Positions 1-8,771 of a stretch of 64,000 bases of DNA are shown piece after piece. Source of the DNA: Lachnospiraceae bacterium (GTDB lineage: Bacteria; Bacillota; Clostridia; Lachnospirales; Lachnospiraceae). The position numbers were made by a program, and so were the translations under genes. The stretch spans positions 7,140 to 71,139 of the forward strand of contig CAAGFJ010000044.1 in NCBI GenBank assembly GCA_900769115.1, read 5' to 3'. The notes beneath the pieces were generated by a model. It was not told the origin of the DNA. It did no database searches and was given only the letters and a program-made list of their open reading frames with translations. How positions within the stretch are numbered: position 1 is the first letter of the stretch; each line of letters begins with the position of its first letter.

Positions 1-1027
1 AAAAAGATACGGAATTCAGACAGGAGAACCGGTGGTATCCGCAATGAAGAAATGTCCGTCACTGATCATGTACAAGCCACATCAGGAATATTATAGGAGA
101 CAATCCAGTCAACTGATGGAATTGTTCAGAAGATATGCGCCAGTTGTGGATCAGTATTCCATCGACGAGGCATTTCTTGATATGACGGGAACGAATAGTC
201 TGTATGGCGAACCGGTTGCATTTGCCCATGAATTAAAGGATGAGATCAGAAATACATTAGGGTTTACGGTAAATATTGGCATTTCATCCAATCGATTACT
301 TGCAAAAATGGCGAGTGATTTTACTAAGCCGGATCGGGTGCATACACTTTTTCCAAATGAGATACAGACAAAAATGTGGCCACTTCCGGTAGAAGATCTG
401 TTTTATGTTGGAAAATCAACCGCGGTTAAATTGCATTCGTTGGGACTGCATACGATCGGGGATATTGCAGGATGTGATCTGGGTATTATGAAGTCCCATT
501 TCAAGAGCCATGGAGAAGTAATCTATAACTTTGCGAATGGAATTGATCTGACATTAGAAGATCGGACGGAGAAAGTGCAAAAAGGATATGGGAATTCCAC
601 TACAATTCCATATGATATTAAGGATAGCGAAGCCGCTTATCATACGATTATGAAGTTGTGTGAATCTGTTTGTGGAAGAATGAGGAAGGACCATGTACAG
701 GCACTGGTGTTGTCAGTGGAATTGAAGGACAGTAATTTTGTGGTGCGGAGACATCAGCGAACGTTGTTGTCTCCGACAGATGTAACAGATGAATGTTTTC
801 TGGTTGCCTGTGAATTATTTGACGAATTATGGGATGGGTCGCCGATCCGGTTGATCGGAGTGACAGCAAATAAAGTGGAAGATGCAGGAAACCGTCAACT
901 CAATCTGTTTGACATGGAAAGTCATGATAAGAAGCACAAATTAGATACGGCGTTAGATTCCATCCGGGAGAAGTATGGTAAGGATGCAATCAAGCGTGGA
1001 AGTCTTTTTGACAGAACATCCGGTTAA
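1..1027 (+). CDS. dinB: DNA polymerase IV (Y-family translesion polymerase), 5' end outside window
   Basis: Frame is open from base 2 (KRYGIQTGEPVVSAMKKCP...), so the listed GTG at 32 is internal. Motifs SIDEAFLDMTG and NIGISSNRLLAKMASDFTKPD are typical of DinB/UmuC family. Stop at 1025-1027. Confidence 0.9.
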   Translation, partial: KRYGIQTGEPVVSAMKKCPSLIMYKPHQEYYRRQSSQLMELFRRYAPVVDQYSIDEAFLDMTGTNSLYGEPVAFAHELKDEIRNTLGFTVNIGISSNRLLAKMASDFTKPDRVHTLFPNEIQTKMWPLPVEDLFYVGKSTAVKLHSLGLHTIGDIAGCDLGIMKSHFKSHGEVIYNFANGIDLTLEDRTEKVQKGYGNSTTIPYDIKDSEAAYHTIMKLCESVCGRMRKDHVQALVLSVELKDSNFVVRRHQRTLLSPTDVTDECFLVACELFDELWDGSPIRLIGVTANKVEDAGNRQLNLFDMESHDKKHKLDTALDSIREKYGKDAIKRGSLFDRTSG

Positions 1028-1053
1028 TTGAAAGGTTCTTCCATATAAAAAGG

Positions 1054-1083
1054 AAGCAGGGCGAGATTATATCAGCCCTGCTT
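1054..1083 (-). terminator. Hairpin terminator between convergent dinB and HD-hydrolase genes
   Basis: 9-bp perfect stem AAGCAGGGC (1054-1062) / GCCCTGCTT (1075-1083) with a 12-nt loop. On the minus strand it is followed by CCTTTTTAT. The stop codon of the minus-strand gene lies in the loop. Confidence 0.5.
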
Positions 1084-1513
1084 GTTGATATTCTGTTAAT
1101 TTTTGAAGAATGACTTTGTGGTATTTCTCATATTTTTGAAAACGTGCTTCATCTTTGGGGGTCGGATAAGGAATGCGGTCACGGTTCAGGTTATCTTCCA
1201 TATCATATAATTTGATCTGGGTTGCCAATGGATTCGCTAAAACCCGGTCAATGAAAGTGCCGTAGGATTCACCCTTGTGCTTGGTGATACAGTCGATTGC
1301 GGCAAGTACTTCCTCTGAAAAGCCTTCTAATCGCAGCATATCTAAGGTGACGGGTGTGTCTTCTACTACGTCATGCAGGATGCCTACGATCATCTCGGTA
1401 TCGTTCCTGCCACGCAGCATAACCCGCATGGGATGAAGGATATATTCCCTGCCTGCTTTGTCGATCTGTCCTCTGTGTGCTTCTACTGCAATCTCAATGG
1501 CTTTCTCTAACAT
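1067..1513 (-). CDS. Stand-alone RelA/SpoT-homologue HD-domain hydrolase (small alarmone hydrolase-like)
   Basis: AVEAHRGQIDKAGREYILHP and ILHDVVEDT match the (p)ppGpp-hydrolase HD motifs of RSH proteins. There is no synthetase domain. I moved the start to ATG 1513 (MLEKAIE...), 5 nt downstream of GGAGG (the ORF-track TTG start at 1525 lies 3 nt upstream of this GGAGG). Confidence 0.7.
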   Translation of the reverse strand: MLEKAIEIAVEAHRGQIDKAGREYILHPMRVMLRGRNDTEMIVGILHDVVEDTPVTLDMLRLEGFSEEVLAAIDCITKHKGESYGTFIDRVLANPLATQIKLYDMEDNLNRDRIPYPTPKDEARFQKYEKYHKVILQKLTEYQQAGLI

Positions 1514-1564
1514 GTTGACCTCCAATGGCTCAAGATGCGTCTGTGTTTGAATTCATCTTCATTC

Positions 1565-1593
1565 ACTATACTATAATTCACATATTTTCTCAA
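1565..1593 (-). promoter_or_regulatory. Candidate sigma-A promoter of the HD-hydrolase gene
   Basis: Minus strand reads TTGAGA (complement of 1588-1593), 17-nt spacer, TATAGT (complement of 1565-1570). Confidence 0.4.
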
Positions 1594-1623
1594 TTTCTTT
1601 TTCTTGGTTTTCAAGAAAAAATT

Positions 1624-1959
1624 TCAATCCAATTCTAATAGCTTATTAATAGCAGGCTGAACCTCCGGATGCTCGCGGTAAGCCTGAATCAGGCGTTTCT
1701 CAAATGCGGTTGCATGCAGCGGTTCGGAATCCTTTGGCAGATAACCGAATGCGGTAAGAATGTCGTCAATGCCATAAAGCTTGCAAAGATATAATAAACG
1801 GTCTGCATCTGGTTGTGTACGACCGGATTCCCAGGCATAAATGGTCTTTGTTGCAGATGGAAGATTGGCATCATTTAGTTTGTCGGATACGTTCTGGACG
1901 GAAAGCTCCCGGAGCGTTCTATAGTATCGGAGTATTCTGCCGATTTGTTCATTTTTCAT
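1624..1959 (-). CDS. XRE-family helix-turn-helix transcriptional regulator
   Basis: N-terminal HTH_3-like LRELSVQNVSDKL...TIYAWESGRTQP. 111 aa. Divergent from the ssp-like operon. Confidence 0.8.
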   Translation of the reverse strand: MKNEQIGRILRYYRTLRELSVQNVSDKLNDANLPSATKTIYAWESGRTQPDADRLLYLCKLYGIDDILTAFGYLPKDSEPLHATAFEKRLIQAYREHPEVQPAINKLLELD

Positions 1960-2068
1960 GGCTAATTCCTTTCGTGGTTCGTTCTTGTGGACGTGCCATC
2001 ATTCATAGTATATGCGGATTTCCAGTGTTTTTTCTATATTAGCCCAGCAAAAAGGGAGTGTCAATTGA

Positions 2069-2159
2069 TTCTCGGAAAAAGAACTTTAATTTAGTTGATA
2101 TTCTCGCCAAATGAGAATATAATGGAAGAATGCGAGAAATAATTCTACGATTCCGAGAA
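2069..2159. promoter_or_regulatory. Nested inverted repeats (TTCTCG / CGAGAA half-sites) around the operon promoter; putative operator
   Basis: Outer pair TTCTCGGAA 2069-2077 and TTCCGAGAA 2151-2159 are perfect reverse complements. Inner pair is TTCTCGC 2101-2107 and GCGAGAA 2132-2138. The inner pair brackets the -10 hexamer. Confidence 0.5.
2095..2123 (+). promoter_or_regulatory. Near-consensus sigma-A promoter for the HTH-ssp-like operon
   Basis: TTGATA 2095-2100, 17-nt spacer, TATAAT 2118-2123, about 50 nt upstream of ATG 2173. Confidence 0.55.
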
Positions 2160-2172
2160 AAGGTGGAGAGGA

Positions 2173-2364
2173 ATGAAGGTAACGAATCGTTTGGCGAACT
2201 ATATAGCACAGCAGCATATTTCACCGGAACGGGTGGCAAAGGATACGGGTGTTGCCATTGAGAAGTTAGTTCCTGAGACGGATCAGATCTTAGAGGCAGA
2301 AGAGTTTCTGGAACTATGCTTATATCTCGGAATTCGACCGGAAGATATGGATGGAAGAGAATGA
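2173..2364 (+). CDS. Small HTH-like protein (63 aa), first gene of the ssp-like operon
   Basis: RBS GGTGGAGAGG precedes ATG 2173. NRLANYIAQQHISPERVAKDTGVAIEKL resembles an XRE-type HTH. Its stop overlaps the next start (ATGA at 2361-2364). Confidence 0.5.
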   Translation: MKVTNRLANYIAQQHISPERVAKDTGVAIEKLVPETDQILEAEEFLELCLYLGIRPEDMDGRE

Positions 2365-4079
2365 TTACGTATCGATGTGAGAGAGACAATATAGAATGTA
2401 CAAGCAGTATTTGCCCGGTTTGCAGGGAACGGACGCAGTTGGTAAGAACAGACATTTTCTGGTGTGAGAATTGTCAGGTGCCGCTTTTTGGAGAACAGTG
2501 TGGATGTTGCGGGAAGACAGGAAAAAGGTTCGGCTCGGATATCCGTCCGGTATTTCCGGAGGAACGGTTATTGATGGAGACGGTATTACATGAACCAATG
2601 AAGTATCACCAGACCTCGGTGTGGAATACAGCAGGAAACCGTTATTATGCAGATGGAAAGCATATTCTTTTTTCGGTCAAACAATTAGCACAGGTGGATG
2701 CAGATGCAATCCGGCGGCAGATCGAAGAGTGTACAGTAGAGAATACATATGAATATTTTGACCGGATGGTAGAACGGTTTGTGAAGGCAAACAGAGACCG
2801 GTATGAAGAGATTGTATCGGAGGCAACGGCGTATATCCGGAATATGGCACAGGGATATGATGCAAAGGATATGTTTGTGTCTTTTAGTGGTGGCAAGGAT
2901 TCGACTGTGACCGGAGATCTGGTGACAAGAGCACTGGCGAATCCGAGAATCTTACATATTTTTGGAGACACGACATTGGAGTTTCCGGAGACTTATGCAT
3001 ATGTAGAGCGTTTCAGGAAAGCACATAGTAAGACGACACCGGTGCTTTCTTCCAGAAATAAAGATAAGGACTTTGAACAGCTATGTAAGCTGCTCGGTCC
3101 GCCAAGTCGTGTTATGCGGTGGTGTTGCACCATTTTTAAGACGGGGGCAATCACAAGAAAGATTCAGACCTTATTTGGAAAAAAGGAACGGATTGTTGCC
3201 TTTTATGGAATTCGTAGGAGTGAATCGGTGAGCCGGAGCAAATATGACCGGGAATCGAATAGTCCGAAGATTGCCAAGCAGATTACCGTGTCGCCGATCA
3301 TTGACTGGCTGGACTTTGATGTGTGGTTATATCTGCTGACGACAGGAATTGATTTCAACCGGGCATATCGTCTGGGGTATTCCCGTGTGGGCTGCTGGTG
3401 TTGTCCGAATAACAGCGGGTGGTCCGAGTTCTTATCCAGAGTTTATATGCCAGAGCAGTCGGCACATTTCCGGCAGATGTTAGTGGACTTTGCGGTATCG
3501 GTAGGCAAGCCGGATGCAGAGGTCTATGTGGATACCGGCAAATGGAAAGCAAGACAAGGTGGTAACGGGATAGAGTATGCCAAGAATGCAGTGGTGGAAT
3601 TTGCGCCGTGTGCAACGGAAGAGAATGCATTTAATTACGAGTTATCAAAGCCGATCACAGAACAGTTGTATGAGCTGTTTAAGCCGTTTGGTACGTTGAA
3701 TTATGAGATGGGTAATGCCCGGCTTGGTGAAGTCTATGTGTTGAACAGCAGGGGTGAAGTGGCACTCAAATTGCAGGGACGTATCGGAACGAATGCGCTT
3801 AAAGTAACAATCTATCAGGTGCATCTGGCAGGTGCAAGATCCCTTAAGACAGCAGAGGAACGGGTGAAATGCCAGCTTACCAAATATCAGATGTGTATGG
3901 GCTGTCTGGCATGTGAGGGCGTTTGTAAGCATGATGCGATCTCTATCCGGGAAGGGGAAGATGGCAGTATCCATTATCAAATATCGGAGGAACACTGTAT
4001 CCGGTGTGGCGAGTGCGTTGGTCATTTTAATTCGGGATGTTATATGAGGAAGGTGTTAGCCACCAAGCGGGGAGTATAG
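2361..4079 (+). CDS. sspD: PAPS-reductase/PP-loop ATP pyrophosphatase family protein (SspD/DndC-like) with N-terminal Cys-rich zinc ribbon and C-terminal 2x[4Fe-4S] ferredoxin domain
   Basis: PP-loop SFSGGKDS and MRWCCTIFK motif. N-terminus CPVCRERT...CENCQ...CGCCGK. C-terminus CMGCLACEGVC and CIRCGECVGHFNSGC. Start moved to ATG 2361 (GGAAGAGA RBS, ATGA coupling). Confidence 0.75.
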   Translation: MITYRCERDNIECTSSICPVCRERTQLVRTDIFWCENCQVPLFGEQCGCCGKTGKRFGSDIRPVFPEERLLMETVLHEPMKYHQTSVWNTAGNRYYADGKHILFSVKQLAQVDADAIRRQIEECTVENTYEYFDRMVERFVKANRDRYEEIVSEATAYIRNMAQGYDAKDMFVSFSGGKDSTVTGDLVTRALANPRILHIFGDTTLEFPETYAYVERFRKAHSKTTPVLSSRNKDKDFEQLCKLLGPPSRVMRWCCTIFKTGAITRKIQTLFGKKERIVAFYGIRRSESVSRSKYDRESNSPKIAKQITVSPIIDWLDFDVWLYLLTTGIDFNRAYRLGYSRVGCWCCPNNSGWSEFLSRVYMPEQSAHFRQMLVDFAVSVGKPDAEVYVDTGKWKARQGGNGIEYAKNAVVEFAPCATEENAFNYELSKPITEQLYELFKPFGTLNYEMGNARLGEVYVLNSRGEVALKLQGRIGTNALKVTIYQVHLAGARSLKTAEERVKCQLTKYQMCMGCLACEGVCKHDAISIREGEDGSIHYQISEEHCIRCGECVGHFNSGCYMRKVLATKRGV

Positions 4080-4212
4080 TGTTTATAGTTTATAGGATGA
4101 GCATAGCGTATGGTCATATTTTAGGGAAAATATTGGGTTTTATATAAAATGGATAGTTACTTGTATTCAATATTTTGTTTTCGTATTACAGGATTAGGAA
4201 GGATTTAGTTAC

Positions 4213-5073
4213 ATGGCAAGAACATATAAGCTTAAGGGACATGAGACATTTATATTAAGGGAAGGCTGGCTGACCAAAGGCTTACAGGCAGTTATAGATG
4301 ATCCGATGGTCTTTGCGGAGAATCACGGTGCAGATGCGCTTGGTGTTGGTACGAACATGGCAAAGGCAATCCGTTACTGGATGAAGGCGGCGGGAATTCT
4401 GCCGGATCGGACCGGTAAGGAGAGCTGCCTGACGGAGCTTGGACAGTTGTTGTATGAATATGATCCTTATATGGAAGATCCCTTTTCTTTATGGCTGGTG
4501 CATCTGGGCATTGCCAGTAACGAGACAGGGGCAACGTCCTGGTATCTGTTCTTTCATAAGATGGAAGAATCGTTTACAAAGGAAGAATTAGTGGAGGAGA
4601 TGACGGGCTGGCTGCTTGCATATACAACGGAGGATAAGTTGTCGGCACGTTCGGTAAGAGATGACTGCAATGCATTGATCGGCATGTATTATGCAGAAAG
4701 GGACCGCAATTATGATCCGGAGGACAAGAAGATCAGTCCGTTTGCAATGCTTGGTCTGCTCCAAAAGACGGGAGACGGCTATCAGAAGTCGCAGCCAGAC
4801 CGGAAATGGCTGCACCGGGATGTAGTCTTATACTGCATGATCCGGATGTTGGGTGCCGATTGGGAGAGCGTGTCGATTGACGATCTGATGACCGGTAACT
4901 GCAGTCCGGGCAGGCTGTTGAATCTAAGCCGTACAACGCTCAATGCATATCTGGATGAATTAGATAATGCAGAATGGATCACAGTGAACCGGACGGCAGG
5001 GTTGGACATGGTGTATCGCGCGAGATCATTTACACCAGAGGAATTAATACAGGAATATTATACACATCGTTAG
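4213..5073 (+). CDS. sspB: DUF4007-family protein (SspB-like)
   Basis: N-terminal KLKGHETFILREGWLTKG matches the GHETF..R.GWL signature I associate with DUF4007. 286 aa. Sits between the PAPS-reductase and large ATPase genes. Confidence 0.6.
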   Translation: MARTYKLKGHETFILREGWLTKGLQAVIDDPMVFAENHGADALGVGTNMAKAIRYWMKAAGILPDRTGKESCLTELGQLLYEYDPYMEDPFSLWLVHLGIASNETGATSWYLFFHKMEESFTKEELVEEMTGWLLAYTTEDKLSARSVRDDCNALIGMYYAERDRNYDPEDKKISPFAMLGLLQKTGDGYQKSQPDRKWLHRDVVLYCMIRMLGADWESVSIDDLMTGNCSPGRLLNLSRTTLNAYLDELDNAEWITVNRTAGLDMVYRARSFTPEELIQEYYTHR

Positions 5074-5084
5074 AGGGAGAGCAT

Positions 5085-8000
5085 ATGGAGTTAAAGAAGG
5101 CTGTACAAGTAGATAATCGATTTCAGAAGTCTGTGAATCTGTTTCTGGATCTGGATAATCCGGATAAGGTGTCGGGGTATATACCGACCTTATCTTCTCT
5201 GGAGATTCTCCGGCAGTATGTGACGAATATTGCAGAGCAGACACACAACCGGGCGAATCTGCTGATTGGGCCGTATGGCAAAGGCAAATCACATCTGATC
5301 CTGTTATTGATGCAGTTGTTCCGGAAGAATCCGCCGGAGCAGGTCTTGGATGCATTAGAGCGGATCGCACAGGTTGATGAGAAGATGGCTTCATACATCC
5401 GTCAGGTGATCGACAGGACACAGCCGCTGCTTCCGGTATTGGTGGATGCAGGAGAAGAATCCCTTGATCAGTCGTTTGCCAAAGCTTTGTATCGTGCGTT
5501 AGAACGGGAAGGATTGCAGGAGATCACACCAGATACCTATTATTCTAAGGCAGTTGATAAGATCGAGGAATGGAAGAAGGATTTTCCGGGAACCTATGAG
5601 CAATTGAGTAGTTGGCTGGGTGAACGGAGCACGACGGTGTCGCAGCTTGTGAAGAAGCTTAAGAAGTTAGATGCAGAGGCGTTACATATCTTTATGGAAT
5701 CATATCCGCTTCTGACAGCAGGAAGTATCTTTGAACCAATGCTGGTAACGAAAGCGCGGGAATTGTATCAGAGTGTAAATGATACCCTTTGCAAGGAATA
5801 TGGATATGGAGGTATCTATATTATCTTTGATGAGTTCAGCAAGTATATCGAGGGATATCAGGGAGACGGTTTTGCGGCAGATATGAAAGTGATCCAGGAT
5901 ATCTGCGAGCTGGCAGACAAGTCTTCCCTAGAACAGCAGCTCCATATTACGCTGATCGCACATAAGAGTATCCGGGAGTATGGCAAGACGTTATCCAAGG
6001 AGAGGATCAATGCGTTCCGTGGTGTAGAGGGAAGATTGAAGGAGATTCTCTTTGTGGTGTCTGCGAAGAATAATTATGAGTTGATCCGTTTGGCGGTCCA
6101 TAAGCAAATGCCGGCTTTTGAGGAGGTCTATGCCCTTTCGTCGTATCGCAGGTTAGTAGAGGACTCGTATCATTTACCGTGCTTTGAGGAATTGTTCCGC
6201 AAGGAGGATTACGAGGAGATTGTGGGGTATGGCTGTTATCCGTTAGTTCCGGCGGCAACTTATCTGCTGCTACGGATCAGTGAGAGAATTGCACAAAATG
6301 AACGGACAATCTTTACCTTTATTGCCGGCAATCAGAAACATTCCCTGCGTGGATATATCGGGGCAGCGAATCATAAGTTAGAGGATTACACCGGGGCAGA
6401 CCTTGTGTACGATTATTTTGACAAGCTTTTGATGGAATCGGATCATAGCAGTCTGATCCATAACGAGTGGCTGAAGGCAGATTATGCATTAGGCAGGGTG
6501 AAGAACCGCAAGGCGCGTAAGGTGATCAAGGCACTTGCGCTGATCCAGATGGTACAGCAGCGGGAGCAGATTCCGGCAAATGATATGGGAATCCGGTTGG
6601 CGGCAGGCCTGTCGGTAGAAGATTATGAGGAAGCAAAGGAGCAGCTTCTTAAGGATGAGATTCTGTTGTACCGGTATGCGTTAGGAACGTACGCTTTTAA
6701 GAATAATGTGGGTGTGGATGTAGAGAAAGAGATTGTAACGATCATGAACCGGAGCTTTCAGAATCTGAATCTTGCAGAGAGTATAAGGAATGTGTCGGAA
6801 TTAGATTATATTCTGCCAAAGCGATATAACCAGTTGTTCTCTATGACCAGATTCTATCAGTATGAGTATATGGGTGTGGAGCAATTCCTTGCCCTGCCAA
6901 GTGCAGAATTGATGTTTCATAATACATCAGATAATGTACTCGGAACGTCGGAGTTTGCGGATGGTAAGATTCTTGCCATTTTGCGGATGCCTGAGGAGGA
7001 TTCAGTGTCGGAAGCGGACGAAGAGACAGCGGCAATCCAGGCTAAGCTGCAGCAGTTGGCGGATGCCAGAGTAATTGTCCTATATCCGGCAAAGGCACGC
7101 TACTATGGGATGCTGCTTCGAAGATTAACGGCAGTTAAAAGTATGCTGTTGGATGAACAGTTCATAGAGGACAATGTCGTGTTAGAGCAGGAACTTCAGC
7201 TCTATGAAGAAGACCTGACGAATGAGATCAATGTGCTGTTGGAACAGGATTACATGATGGGAAAAGAACGTTGTCAGGTATTTCATTGTTCTATGGATCG
7301 GCCGGTAACCATGACCGATCAGGCGGCATTTAATGTGTTCTTAAGTGAAGTCCTGGCAGATTATTATGGAAGCACCCCGAAGGTGAATAATGAGTCCATC
7401 AACCGGGAACATATTTCCGCCCAGATCCGTAAGGCGAGGGATAAGGTGCTTATGCGGATATTGCAGCGGGAATCCTGCGAGGATTACCAGAGAGGAACAG
7501 CACCGGATGCAACAATCTATCGTGCAGTAATGGTACGGACTGGAATTGCGGACGGACAGATCACACCAGAGGTGCAGCAGGTGTTTGACCGGATTCATGA
7601 ATTTGTGGAAGCTTCTTCCTGTGGAAGACAGTCCTTTGCAGCACTTTATCAGACCCTGCAGGGCGAACCGTACGGTGTACGGCGTGGGGTTATCCCGATC
7701 TTTCTTGCCAAGGTATTTGCAGAGCTTATGGATATGCCGGTCATATATGCGAATGGCAAAGAATTATCCTTAGACTGTAATGTCCTTAATAATATCAATG
7801 TGAATCCAATGGAGTATGAGCTGTATGTGGAGGTGGCAACGCTTCAGAAGGAACAATATCTGGCAGAATTAGAGCAGTTGTTTACAGGTCACACAGATGC
7901 AGATGAGGCGAGGAAAGGCAACCGGTTAGAACAGCTTGTTGTGAAGATTCAGCGATGGTATCGCAGTCTGCCACAGTGTGTGCGGATAGCAGATTATGGG

Positions 8001-8744
8001 CAGTTGGAGGACAGAGGATACGAACTGCATTTTGGAGAAGCGGAATGTCGGTTGGTTCGTCTATGGAACCGGAAATTACAGAAATTTGAATTGAATGCCA
8101 GGGATTTTCTGTTTGTGGATATACCGGCGGCAGTGAACGTGGATGTTACAACAGGTGACGTGACGGAATGTGTGACAATATTAACTGCAGTTAAGAATGG
8201 TATGGATTCTCTGCTTGCAAGGATGAAGCGGGAAGCGTTACAGGTAACCAAGACAATCTTCGGTGGCAGGGAAGAAGATAATGTGAATAACTGTCTGAAG
8301 GACTGGTATAGCAGGCAGAGTGAACAGGCAAAAAGTTACCTGCATAACACACAGATCAGCGGATTTATGAATTATGTGGAACATTTAAATACACATGATG
8401 AGGAGCAGATCATCAGTAAGCTTTCAAAAATTGTAATGGATATGTATGTAGAGGATTGGAGCGCGGAATCCTTTGTGCAGTATAAGGAAGCAATGCAGGC
8501 AATCCGGCTTGAGATCGAAGGAATCCGGGATGCAGATATCCATGATCGGAAAGGGCAGCATAGTATTGAATTTACGAATAGTCAGGGACAGCGGATCAAG
8601 AAGTATTTTCAGGCAGAGGAAGATAGTACCAGTTATTTCTTAAAGAATGCCATGGAAGAAGCTATGGATGAATTTGGCGAGACATTGGAGGTGAACCAGA
8701 AGGTGAGCGTTCTCATGTCGATGTTGGAGAATTTGTTAAGTTAG
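5085..8744 (+). CDS. sspC: Large P-loop ATPase, 1219 aa (SspC-like; BrxC/PglY-like DUF499-type head)
   Basis: Walker A GPYGKGKSH (5268-5294) and Walker B IYIIFDEFSKY. Start set at ATG 5085 after GAGGGAGA, 11 nt after the upstream stop. The ORF-track start at 4974 overlaps the previous gene. Confidence 0.65.
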   Translation: MELKKAVQVDNRFQKSVNLFLDLDNPDKVSGYIPTLSSLEILRQYVTNIAEQTHNRANLLIGPYGKGKSHLILLLMQLFRKNPPEQVLDALERIAQVDEKMASYIRQVIDRTQPLLPVLVDAGEESLDQSFAKALYRALEREGLQEITPDTYYSKAVDKIEEWKKDFPGTYEQLSSWLGERSTTVSQLVKKLKKLDAEALHIFMESYPLLTAGSIFEPMLVTKARELYQSVNDTLCKEYGYGGIYIIFDEFSKYIEGYQGDGFAADMKVIQDICELADKSSLEQQLHITLIAHKSIREYGKTLSKERINAFRGVEGRLKEILFVVSAKNNYELIRLAVHKQMPAFEEVYALSSYRRLVEDSYHLPCFEELFRKEDYEEIVGYGCYPLVPAATYLLLRISERIAQNERTIFTFIAGNQKHSLRGYIGAANHKLEDYTGADLVYDYFDKLLMESDHSSLIHNEWLKADYALGRVKNRKARKVIKALALIQMVQQREQIPANDMGIRLAAGLSVEDYEEAKEQLLKDEILLYRYALGTYAFKNNVGVDVEKEIVTIMNRSFQNLNLAESIRNVSELDYILPKRYNQLFSMTRFYQYEYMGVEQFLALPSAELMFHNTSDNVLGTSEFADGKILAILRMPEEDSVSEADEETAAIQAKLQQLADARVIVLYPAKARYYGMLLRRLTAVKSMLLDEQFIEDNVVLEQELQLYEEDLTNEINVLLEQDYMMGKERCQVFHCSMDRPVTMTDQAAFNVFLSEVLADYYGSTPKVNNESINREHISAQIRKARDKVLMRILQRESCEDYQRGTAPDATIYRAVMVRTGIADGQITPEVQQVFDRIHEFVEASSCGRQSFAALYQTLQGEPYGVRRGVIPIFLAKVFAELMDMPVIYANGKELSLDCNVLNNINVNPMEYELYVEVATLQKEQYLAELEQLFTGHTDADEARKGNRLEQLVVKIQRWYRSLPQCVRIADYGQLEDRGYELHFGEAECRLVRLWNRKLQKFELNARDFLFVDIPAAVNVDVTTGDVTECVTILTAVKNGMDSLLARMKREALQVTKTIFGGREEDNVNNCLKDWYSRQSEQAKSYLHNTQISGFMNYVEHLNTHDEEQIISKLSKIVMDMYVEDWSAESFVQYKEAMQAIRLEIEGIRDADIHDRKGQHSIEFTNSQGQRIKKYFQAEEDSTSYFLKNAMEEAMDEFGETLEVNQKVSVLMSMLENLLS

Positions 8745-8771
8745 GATGCAATCCGATAGGCGGTGATGTAG

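Noticed and set aside
2316-2360. ORF-track N-terminal extension of the PAPS-reductase-family gene.
   Set aside because: It lies inside the small HTH gene. ATG 2361 has an RBS and forms an ATGA stop-start overlap.
2039-2455. 138-aa minus-strand ORF spanning the divergent promoter region.
   Set aside because: It crosses the promoter/operator and the start of two plus-strand genes. Its low-complexity Ser/Leu/Pro-rich product has no motif. It is a shadow ORF.
4974-5084. ORF-track N-terminal extension of the large ATPase (start at 4974).
   Set aside because: It overlaps the last 100 nt of the DUF4007 gene in another frame and has no RBS. ATG 5085 follows GAGGGAGA, 11 nt after the upstream stop.
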